Source of the DNA: an uncultured Bacteroidia bacterium
Lineage (GTDB): Bacteria; Bacteroidota; Bacteroidia; Bacteroidales; UBA932
Direction of reading: 5' to 3'
DNA: 64,000 bases
Assembly (NCBI GenBank): GCA_902797035.1
Contig: CADBRH010000055.1
Location: 13,178-77,177 of the forward strand
In this document: positions 37,621 to 46,002 of the stretch, piece after piece
How positions within the stretch are numbered: position 1 is the first letter of the stretch
How the letters are laid out: the number at the start of each line of letters is the position of its first letter
Notes under the pieces: generated by a model
What the model was told of the DNA's origin: nothing
The model's database searches: none
The model's input: the letters and a program-made list of their open reading frames with translations, nothing else
Position numbers and translations under genes: made by a program

Positions 37621-39290
37621 ACCCTTTCGCCCTGGCATACCGTGAACAGCAGCAACTGTTCCTCTTTGACAAGACCTACATCTGGGGGACATTTCTCAAG
37701 GTGGGCGGGTTGGCCACACTGCTGGCCCGTTTCATCGTCCAGTTCTTCTGGAACCCGACGATAGCGTTGATTCTGACCTTGTTACTCTTGGCTTTGTCGG
37801 TCTGGATGACTTGGGTCTTCGCCAGGGAATCCCGAAAGGACTGGAAGATTCTCCCTCTCTGTCTTGTCCCTGCGGTCATGCTTGGCGCGTCTCTGGCCGA
37901 CAACAGGATTCACTTTGAATATCTGACGGCCTTCATGCTGGCGCAGGCTGGACTTGTCGCCTATAAGAATATCTGTTCCCGCCGGATTCTCTGGGGCGTC
38001 ATAATCACGATAGTACTCTATTTCACAGCCGGACCGGCGGCGATTCTTTTCGCCGTCTGCGCCGCCCTGCGGCCTTCTGAAAAACATCCGGCGGAGCGGG
38101 CTGTGGTGTTTCTCTCCACCGCGGCCGCTTGCGGCTTGATCGCCTGTCTGACCGCCGCTGTCCCGACTTGGGCCGACGCTTTCACCCCGGCCTTCTATTT
38201 CGATCTGGACGCCGGATCGCCCGCTTTCCACTGGGCGGCATGGATAGCGTTGCCGGTCTCCCTTCTTCTTCGCGTCCTGATTCGAAGCGTTAGGCTAAAC
38301 CGTTGGATAGCGTTTGTTTCCGGACTGGCCTTAGCCGCCTTGGCGCTGATTCCGGCGGAGCGTTTCTCAAATAGGATCGAACAGGAGCAGCCGAGCCTGG
38401 CTTATATATTCGAGTATTACACCAACAATGAGGATTGGGACGGCTTGATCAAAGCTTGTGAAAAGGCCCCCTGGCTTCCCAGGACAGCCAATTATCTCAA
38501 TATGGCCCTTTCCCGGAAAGGCGAGCTGGCCGAGCGCCTTCTGGATTATAACCAAAGAGGGGCGGACGCGTTGGTTATGGTCACGAGGGACCGGGCGGTG
38601 GACGTCGCCCAGGCGCACATCATGATGGCGATGGGCAATGTGGCGGCCGCCCAGGATGTCGCCTTCAACGCTTTATACTCGCTGAATGGCTATTGCCCGG
38701 CCATGGTCAAGATCAACGCCCAGGTTGAGCTCATGCGCGGCTCCTACGAGGTGGCTGACAAATACCTCTCCCTGCTGGAGAAGGCTCCGCGGTACCGCAA
38801 GTGGGCCCGCGACCACAGGAGTTTCCTTCATGATGACGCCGCGGTGGAGGCCGACCCCATCCTCGGGAACGGACGCCGGAATCTTTCCGCCAAGAACGCT
38901 TTCGTCATGTTCACCAATCCCATGTCGGAGCTTTTCCCGATCCTTGACGCCAACCCTTCCGACAAGAGAGCCCTTGAATATGGCCTTTGTTACCTTCTCC
39001 TGGCCAAGGACTTGAACTCCGTAAAGCATTTCATCACGGATTATTACAGCTCGCCGGATTCTCTCGAGCTGCCCAGGATCGCCCAGGAGGCGATGGTGTT
39101 CTACAGCGAGTATTCCCGCAACATGGAGGGGGTCGAGCCTTTCGGCATGGACTGGTGTTATGAGCATGGTGTCCAGCCTGAGACTGTCGCGCGGTTCGAG
39201 GAATACCAGAAGGCGGCCGTGGCTGGTCCCGTGTCACTTAAGCGGTTCCGCGGAACCTATTGGTACTATCTGATACACACGGAGATATGA
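37614..39290 (+). CDS. DUF6057-like membrane protein
   Basis: YREQQQLFLF..GGLA.LLARFIVQFF N-terminus, several TM helices, C-terminal TYWYY; commonly paired with the TolB-like neighbour in Bacteroidetes. Confidence 0.75.
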   Translation: MVNPFALAYREQQQLFLFDKTYIWGTFLKVGGLATLLARFIVQFFWNPTIALILTLLLLALSVWMTWVFARESRKDWKILPLCLVPAVMLGASLADNRIHFEYLTAFMLAQAGLVAYKNICSRRILWGVIITIVLYFTAGPAAILFAVCAALRPSEKHPAERAVVFLSTAAACGLIACLTAAVPTWADAFTPAFYFDLDAGSPAFHWAAWIALPVSLLLRVLIRSVRLNRWIAFVSGLALAALALIPAERFSNRIEQEQPSLAYIFEYYTNNEDWDGLIKACEKAPWLPRTANYLNMALSRKGELAERLLDYNQRGADALVMVTRDRAVDVAQAHIMMAMGNVAAAQDVAFNALYSLNGYCPAMVKINAQVELMRGSYEVADKYLSLLEKAPRYRKWARDHRSFLHDDAAVEADPILGNGRRNLSAKNAFVMFTNPMSELFPILDANPSDKRALEYGLCYLLLAKDLNSVKHFITDYYSSPDSLELPRIAQEAMVFYSEYSRNMEGVEPFGMDWCYEHGVQPETVARFEEYQKAAVAGPVSLKRFRGTYWYYLIHTEI

Positions 39291-40744
39291 TGAATAGAGT
39301 TTTCATGATTCTCGCCGCCGCGCTGACGATGGTTTCCTGCTCGGGGAGGCCGGAAAGCGCCACTCCAATAGATGAGGAAGCGCCCATATTCCCCGATTAT
39401 AGAGAAGTTACCGTTCCCTCGAACATCGCTCCGCTGAACTTCTCGTTCCTTGGGGAGGGGCGGGCCGTCCTGCTTGTCTGTGGGGAGGTTGTCCGCGAAA
39501 GGAGCGGGGTGTTCCGCTTCTCCTCCCGCGGATGGAAGAGACTGCTCTCCAAGCGAGGGGAAGACGGTTCGGTAGAATTCACCATATTCACGAATAAGGA
39601 CGGGAAGTGGCTGTCTTATAATCCGTTCCGCATATATATCAGCCCTGATCCTATCGACCCCTGGTTTTCCTACCGACTTATCCCCCCGGGTTATCAGGGT
39701 TGGCAGGAGATGGGAATATATCAAAGGGATCTGGAGTCATATTCCGAGAAGACAATCATGAGGAACGACCTGACCGGAGGCAATTGTCTCAATTGCCATA
39801 CTTATCGTGATGGAGACCCTTCAAAGATGGTGTTCCATGCCAGGTCGTCTTTTGGAGGCACTGTCGTGGTCAACGAGGGCAAGATCGAGAAACTGAACAC
39901 CAAGACAGACTCGACCATCAGCGCCCTTGTCTATCCTTTCTGGCATCCTTCCGGGGAATATATCGCTTTCTCCGTCAACAAGACTCTCCAGGCGTTCCAC
40001 AACCACGACGCCAACCGCATCGAGGTCTATGACGAGGCCTCCGACGTGGTCGTGTACAACGTCAGGACTCATGAGATCGCCTGGTCGCCGCTCACCAAGG
40101 CCGAGGACCGTTTCGAGACTTTCCCGACCTTTTCCCCCGACGGGAAGTGGCTTTACTTCTGCTCCGCCGAGGCCGTGGGACCAATGCCGGACAAGTATAA
40201 GGAAGCGCGTTACGGACTGTACAGGATAGCCTTCAATCCCGGGGACATGTCATTCGGCGACTCGTTGGAATGTGTCTATGACGCTCCGGCCGAAGGGGCC
40301 AGTGTCTCTTTCCCCCGCGTCTCTCCGGACGGCCGTTTCCTCTGTTTCACACGTCACGGTTACGGGAATTTCTCCATTTGGCATAAAGACGCTGACCTGT
40401 GGATGGTGGATTTGTCCGACGGCTCGGTCAGGCCCATGGAGGGTGTCAACTCGAGTGACGTGGAGAGTTTCCACACTTGGAGTTCGGACGGTAAGTGGCT
40501 GGTTTTCAGTAGCAGGCGTGACGACGGGCTCTACACCAAGCCCTATTTCACCCACATCGACGCCGAGGGCCACGCTACTAAGCCCTTCCTGCTTCCACAG
40601 AAGGATCCCACGCGCTATTACAAACGCTTGATGAAGTCTTATAATCTCCCGGCGTTCACCACCGGAAAAGTGTCCGTCAGCAAACGTGGTCTTACGGATG
40701 TCCTGAGAAAATCCCCGGGGACAGATGTAGGTGTCAAGGAATAA
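39287..40744 (+). CDS. TolB-like/PD40 beta-propeller lipoprotein
   Basis: IFPDY.EVTVPSNIAPLNF, CLNCH, repeated FPTFSPDGKWL / PRVSPDGRFL / WSSDGKWLVFSSRR. Confidence 0.85.
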   Translation: MMNRVFMILAAALTMVSCSGRPESATPIDEEAPIFPDYREVTVPSNIAPLNFSFLGEGRAVLLVCGEVVRERSGVFRFSSRGWKRLLSKRGEDGSVEFTIFTNKDGKWLSYNPFRIYISPDPIDPWFSYRLIPPGYQGWQEMGIYQRDLESYSEKTIMRNDLTGGNCLNCHTYRDGDPSKMVFHARSSFGGTVVVNEGKIEKLNTKTDSTISALVYPFWHPSGEYIAFSVNKTLQAFHNHDANRIEVYDEASDVVVYNVRTHEIAWSPLTKAEDRFETFPTFSPDGKWLYFCSAEAVGPMPDKYKEARYGLYRIAFNPGDMSFGDSLECVYDAPAEGASVSFPRVSPDGRFLCFTRHGYGNFSIWHKDADLWMVDLSDGSVRPMEGVNSSDVESFHTWSSDGKWLVFSSRRDDGLYTKPYFTHIDAEGHATKPFLLPQKDPTRYYKRLMKSYNLPAFTTGKVSVSKRGLTDVLRKSPGTDVGVKE

Positions 40745-40746
40745 TC

Positions 40747-43077
40747 CTATTTCTTGAAAGCGCCCTTCACGGGTTTGCGGGACATCTCGAAATGGAGGGT
40801 GGCCCCGTCCTTGATGTCTTCATACTTGATGACGGGGGTGTTCAGGCGCTTGCCGTTAAGGTAAGCGGCCTTGACATAGACAGCGTCCTCGCTCCAGCCC
40901 TTTGTGGTCATCTCGAATGTCTTTCCGTTTGATAGTGTGACGTTCATTCCGGGAACGCAGGGCGATCCGATATAGTACCAATCGGCACCCGGGCAGAATG
41001 GATAGAACCCCAGGCAGTTGAAAAGGTACCAGGCGCTCATCTGGCCGCAGTCATCGTTGCCGCTTAGCGAGCCAGGCTCATTGCCGTAGTAGTTCTTTGC
41101 CACATAACGAACCCATTTCTGGCAATTCCAGGGCTCCCCGAAATAGTCATAAAGAAAAGCCACATGGTGGCAAGGCTCGTTGCCGTGCCAGTAGCCTCCA
41201 ATCCGGCCCCAGATGTCATGGGCTCCGGGAATATCCTCTGGCAACTCTATTGTGAAAAGCTCGTCGAGATATTTCTTGAGACGGTCCCTGCCGGCTATCT
41301 GGACATAGCCGTCGAAGTCATGGAACACGCTCCAGGTGTACTGCATTGTGAAGCCCTCGGTGATATCTCCCCATCCGTTCACTGAGCCGGGACCCTGATA
41401 GGCTATCGGCGCGAAGGGGTCACGCCACGCTCCCTTGGAATCCTTGCCACGCATGTACCCTGTTTCCGGATCAATCAGGTTCTTGTAATTCATGGACCGG
41501 TTCAGGAAGAACTCATAATCCTCCTTGTGACCTAACTTCTTGGCCACCTGGGCGATGCACCAGTCGTCGAAAGCGTATTCAAGGGTCTTGGAGACGCTTT
41601 CCTTCTCGAGGTCGAAGGGGACATAGCCGAGGGCGGTGTATTCCGGAATACAGTCGTAGTGGCCGTTGGTGGCGGTGGTCTTCATCGCCTGAAAGGCCCT
41701 CTCGTGGTCGAAGCCGGGCACGTCCTTAAGAATCATGTCAGCGAGGACGGAGCAGGAGTGGTAGCCGATCATGCACCAGGTCTCTCCTCCGTAGAACGAC
41801 CAATACGGGAGCATCTTTTCGGCGCTTTTGTCGAAATGAGCCAGCATAGAGTTGGCGATGTCGGCCTGAAGGGGCCTGTTCACGAGGTTCATCAGGGGCT
41901 CGAACGCGCGGAAGGTATCCCAGAAGGAGAAAGTGGTCACGTTGGTGAAGCCTTCGGCCTTGCCGATCGTGCCGTCGTGCTCGCGGAAGCGGCCGTCGGC
42001 GTCCTGGAAGACGAAGGGGTGGAGCATGGTGCGGTAGACGCTGGTGTAGAAGGTTTCCCGGAGCACCTTGTCGTCGCTATCCAATGAATATGTCCCCAGG
42101 GCCTTCTCCCAAGTGTCCTCGGCCTCCGCCAGCACCGTTTGGAAGTCCTTGCCGTCCAGTTCCTTAAGGTTCAACAGCGCACCGTCGGTCCCGACTCCCG
42201 AAACCGCGACTTTAACCTGCAGTTGGAACTGTCGCCGATCGGACGCCTCGCTTCGCTCGGCCCCACCGTCCGCTTCGCTACCGGTCCCCCCTCTTAACGT
42301 GCCGAGGGTGGCAGTGTCCTCCCCGGCGACAGTTCCAACTGCCGCGGGGTCAAAGCGGGCGACGACCTTGAGGTTGCGGCCCCAGGCCTCGAGGGAGCTG
42401 CGGAATCGCTTGGTGTTGTAGATCACTGGCTGGCCGTCCTGCAGGATGGAGAAGTCCTTGATCGGCTGGGAGAAACGGGCGGCGAAATAGACATGGCGGC
42501 TCGGGTTCCAACCGGCAACGAGTTTGCTGCCGATGACCGTATAATCGTCAAGCAGGCGGACGTCAGACCATTCGCATTTCCAATAGAGAGTGTGGTCGAG
42601 GTCTATCGTGACAAAGGCGTCGCTTCCTTCCGGATAGGAGAACTTGAATATTCCCGACCGAGTCGCGGCGGTCATCTCGGCCTTCACTCCGCTGTCGAGG
42701 GTGATCCCGTAGTAGCCCGGATGGGCGGCTTCTTTGCCGTGGTCGAGGGCGGACGGCTTTGGCTCAGAGGTGGTTCCAGGGAGGAAAAGGAAGTCTCCGA
42801 GGTCAGGGATGCCGGTGCCGCTCAGGTGAGTCAGGCTGAAGCCTTGGACCGTAGGTTTGGAATATTTGTACCCGGCGGCGCAGTCATAGTCCTTGTCGTC
42901 GCAGTCCGGGCTTATCTGGATCCCGCCGTAGGGCAGTTGCGCGCCCGGATAGACATTCCCGAACCCGTCCGTCCCCACGAACACATTCACATCTCCAATC
43001 AGTTTATTCTGCCCGAAGGCTGAAGTACTAATGGCGGCTATCGCCAGAATAATTATGGATTTGTTAAGTGTTACCAT
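40747..43077 (-). CDS. GH92 alpha-mannosidase with in-frame palindromic insertion
   Basis: GTDGFGNVYPGA, THLSGTG, FSFWDTFRA, MIGYH, HGNEPCHH, GNDDCGQMSAWY. Confidence 0.95.
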   Translation of the reverse strand: MVTLNKSIIILAIAAISTSAFGQNKLIGDVNVFVGTDGFGNVYPGAQLPYGGIQISPDCDDKDYDCAAGYKYSKPTVQGFSLTHLSGTGIPDLGDFLFLPGTTSEPKPSALDHGKEAAHPGYYGITLDSGVKAEMTAATRSGIFKFSYPEGSDAFVTIDLDHTLYWKCEWSDVRLLDDYTVIGSKLVAGWNPSRHVYFAARFSQPIKDFSILQDGQPVIYNTKRFRSSLEAWGRNLKVVARFDPAAVGTVAGEDTATLGTLRGGTGSEADGGAERSEASDRRQFQLQVKVAVSGVGTDGALLNLKELDGKDFQTVLAEAEDTWEKALGTYSLDSDDKVLRETFYTSVYRTMLHPFVFQDADGRFREHDGTIGKAEGFTNVTTFSFWDTFRAFEPLMNLVNRPLQADIANSMLAHFDKSAEKMLPYWSFYGGETWCMIGYHSCSVLADMILKDVPGFDHERAFQAMKTTATNGHYDCIPEYTALGYVPFDLEKESVSKTLEYAFDDWCIAQVAKKLGHKEDYEFFLNRSMNYKNLIDPETGYMRGKDSKGAWRDPFAPIAYQGPGSVNGWGDITEGFTMQYTWSVFHDFDGYVQIAGRDRLKKYLDELFTIELPEDIPGAHDIWGRIGGYWHGNEPCHHVAFLYDYFGEPWNCQKWVRYVAKNYYGNEPGSLSGNDDCGQMSAWYLFNCLGFYPFCPGADWYYIGSPCVPGMNVTLSNGKTFEMTTKGWSEDAVYVKAAYLNGKRLNTPVIKYEDIKDGATLHFEMSRKPVKGAFKK
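42219..42342 (-). repeat. palindromic element family A, copy in GH92 (in frame)
   Basis: Core 42281-42316; perfect 19-bp terminal IR GCAGTTGGAACTGTCGCCG at 42219-42237/42324-42342. Confidence 0.92.
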
Positions 43078-43086
43078 ATTCAACTA

Positions 43087-46002
43087 TCAATCAACATAAT
43101 AGAAACCGTTAATTGAGGCCGAGTAAACCTCGGCGTCACCGCCGGCGACTCCGAAATGCCAGTTCCCCTCGCGGGGAATCCGGGTCACCACGGGAATAGT
43201 CCGTTTCTCGCCTTTGGTGTCGAAAGCGAAGTTTACCAAAACCTCTGCGCTTTCGGGGTCGCGGATCACGATCCTGCCGCGGCCTTTGACGGAGAATTTA
43301 ACAGCCTTTATCCCCTTTTTCGAGAACAGACCCTCGAAGAGGTAGCCGCCCTCATGGACGAAACCGTGGCCCTTGACAGCCCCGGCGTCGCCCTCGTGAC
43401 TCCAATAGCATTTCCCTTGGGAGAAATCGGCGTTCATGAAGACCTCCGCCCCACGCTGACCCGTGTCACCCCGGAAATTGGTTGGAGTCACCCAGAGCAG
43501 GTCGTTCTGGGTAAGGTATTCATTGTCATGGATATAGATGTCCTTCAAGGCGGAGAAATCGTCTCTTTCAGTGTTAGTGAAAGGCTTGCCGTCGAAAGGG
43601 TTGTCGGGCCAGACGCCCAATGAGTACGGCCCGCCGAACACGCAGTCGTATGCTTCCACGTCGAAAATCTCCTGCTTCTCCGGATCGGGGTTGGAGGTGC
43701 CCCAAGGAAGCAAGGTCAGGGCGTGTCCCCCTCCGTTCGAGAGATGGCTTGTGACATCCACGAATATGTAGCAGCCCTTGATGACATAACCTCCGTTACA
43801 ATTGTCGTCGTCGGGGTAGGACGGGCGCCATGGGGTTATGTCCGGACGGCAGCGGGGGTCGCCGTAACTGGAAGTGATGGTGATCCCGTCGTCATTGGAG
43901 TGGAAGAAAGAGCGTGTCAGCCGGACATCCCTCATACCTCCGCCGAACCCGAACCCGTCGCCGCTGGTGCAGGTGGGATACATCAGTTTGACATTGCCGA
44001 CGTAGAGTTCCCGTGTGGATGTGAACTGGGTGAAGTAGCTGGGTGACAGCAGGATGTCGATGTCCCGCACCTCCATCCGGTCCACATTGTTAGTGCCGAG
44101 GGCGCAAATGTGGATCTGGTCGGAACAGGTCCCGTGGAGCCAGACCACGTCCTGGTTATCCGTGTGGCGGTTATAGTTAAGCAAGGTTCCCGGGCCCGTG
44201 ACCTTCACGTGGTCCACATCCTTGGCCAGCACCATCGGGAGGTTGATGTACAGGCAGTGCGTCCAAGGCACCCCCGGGATATTCGTGTTGTGCCCGTAGA
44301 GGACATCGTAATCGTAGTGCCTGCGGTCTGGTGATTGCCAGAGAACAGCCCCGTCGCCGAGGTGGAGTTCCACCCCGCTCCGAAGGCTCAGGTGTGTCAC
44401 GACGTAACGCCGCCCGAACTCCTTCTCCATCTCGTTTCTGGGTGTCCCGGGCACGACCACACGTCCTCCACCCGCCGCCCCGCAGGCGTCTATGGCCTTC
44501 TGTATGGCCCGGGTGTCATCGGTGAAAGCGTCTCCCTTGGCCCCGTATCCAGTCACGTCGAAATCCCTTTCCGGCAAGTCGAAGGCGAATGGATTCTCAT
44601 CGAAATCCTCCCAATTCTCAATATAGAAATACGGTCCGACTTTCACCACGGAGCCGTCATCGGATCGCAGAACAGCGGCGAACCGGCTTGAAAGGCGGGT
44701 CATACGGCCGTCCAGACGGCTGTTCTTTATGGAGGTCACTGAGAAGTTTTCCCCTGCGGGACCGCTGTATAGCGACTCGCAAGCGGCCAGTTTGTCCCCG
44801 TCCAGCGGGCCGTCAACCTTGTACATCGGAGCCTCATAAATCTCCAAGGTCTTGAAACGGCCGAGATACGAGGGGGCAACCGATCCCTCGATCGTCAGGT
44901 TATCCTTGTCCGCCCGGCAGGAGACCTTTCCGGCATATTCCTCGATAGGTCTTTCCTGCAGGAAATCAACACGTTCTATGTCCCAGACACCTTTAGATCC
45001 AGCCGGGGGAGTCAACCGCAACCCTGTCAGGAAGCCGTCGGAAGCGGGAAGGTCGGAGACATTGATGTAGCATGCTTGTATCTCTCGGCCAGGTCGCAGA
45101 GCCACGGCTTTCGATTGTTCTGAACAATACTCGGGATGAGTGTCGGTCGTGAACCATACCCTCACGGAATCGGCGCCCCGGTTCCTCAAGGCTATGAAAA
45201 AGGTGTTGAACCGCTCGAGCGGGGGATTGTAGATCAAGTTCCGGCTTTCCGGCAGGGCGTCGGTGAACAAGGCGGCCCCCTCGCGGAACCTCAGACGCAG
45301 GGCGTCGCCACGGCGGGACACTTTCCCGTTCACAGCCCCGAAACGCCTCTCGCTGCCTGGAACGGAGAATTCCAGATCCAGAGGTTCACCGGCACGGACA
45401 TAGTCAATCAGCATCCCGAAGTCCTCGACGGCCCAAGGTTCCTCGCTATCGTTCATAAGTGAGATCTCGATTCTCTCCACTTTCCGTAGGAAACGGCATC
45501 CCGAAAGGTCGAGAAGCACAGAGCTCCATTTCGACGGGATGATGTGGGAGAGGCAGACATATTCCTTACGGCCTTTTCCCAGGACGCATCTCACCCACAC
45601 GTTGTCCCCGGGCCGGCGGGCCGGCAGAAAAAGAGACACTTCCATCACAGGCTTGGACCTGAGATCAAGTGGGTGGTCGAAGATTTTCCTGACCCCGCGC
45701 CACCGGGAGGCGGGCAAGGCCTCCGGTGTGGTGATCAGCAGGGAAGAGGCTCCCTCCTTGAACTTCGCGTCGCTGCCCTCGCCATCGCCGGTGTAATCTA
45801 GGGTGGAGCCGTCGCTGACTGTGGCCTCGCAACCTTCAAAAGGAATCCAACCCTCGTCCGAGGTGTCGAAAGAGGCGATGTCGATAAGGTTGACCAGGGA
45901 TATGCGGCAAGAAAGATCCCGGATAGGCTCCAGGGTTGTACCGGCGGCTGTCGCCAGCACCGCCGTCAAGATAGCGAGCGGGAGAGATAGGAGGATTCTC
46001 AT
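43087..46002 (-). CDS. large secreted GH28-like/pectate-lyase-superfamily beta-helix protein with N-terminal accessory domains
   Basis: DVTGYGAKGDAFTDDTRAIQKAIDAC..GGGRVVVP; SGDG and SNDDGI motifs. Confidence 0.7.
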   Translation of the reverse strand: MRILLSLPLAILTAVLATAAGTTLEPIRDLSCRISLVNLIDIASFDTSDEGWIPFEGCEATVSDGSTLDYTGDGEGSDAKFKEGASSLLITTPEALPASRWRGVRKIFDHPLDLRSKPVMEVSLFLPARRPGDNVWVRCVLGKGRKEYVCLSHIIPSKWSSVLLDLSGCRFLRKVERIEISLMNDSEEPWAVEDFGMLIDYVRAGEPLDLEFSVPGSERRFGAVNGKVSRRGDALRLRFREGAALFTDALPESRNLIYNPPLERFNTFFIALRNRGADSVRVWFTTDTHPEYCSEQSKAVALRPGREIQACYINVSDLPASDGFLTGLRLTPPAGSKGVWDIERVDFLQERPIEEYAGKVSCRADKDNLTIEGSVAPSYLGRFKTLEIYEAPMYKVDGPLDGDKLAACESLYSGPAGENFSVTSIKNSRLDGRMTRLSSRFAAVLRSDDGSVVKVGPYFYIENWEDFDENPFAFDLPERDFDVTGYGAKGDAFTDDTRAIQKAIDACGAAGGGRVVVPGTPRNEMEKEFGRRYVVTHLSLRSGVELHLGDGAVLWQSPDRRHYDYDVLYGHNTNIPGVPWTHCLYINLPMVLAKDVDHVKVTGPGTLLNYNRHTDNQDVVWLHGTCSDQIHICALGTNNVDRMEVRDIDILLSPSYFTQFTSTRELYVGNVKLMYPTCTSGDGFGFGGGMRDVRLTRSFFHSNDDGITITSSYGDPRCRPDITPWRPSYPDDDNCNGGYVIKGCYIFVDVTSHLSNGGGHALTLLPWGTSNPDPEKQEIFDVEAYDCVFGGPYSLGVWPDNPFDGKPFTNTERDDFSALKDIYIHDNEYLTQNDLLWVTPTNFRGDTGQRGAEVFMNADFSQGKCYWSHEGDAGAVKGHGFVHEGGYLFEGLFSKKGIKAVKFSVKGRGRIVIRDPESAEVLVNFAFDTKGEKRTIPVVTRIPREGNWHFGVAGGDAEVYSASINGFYYVD

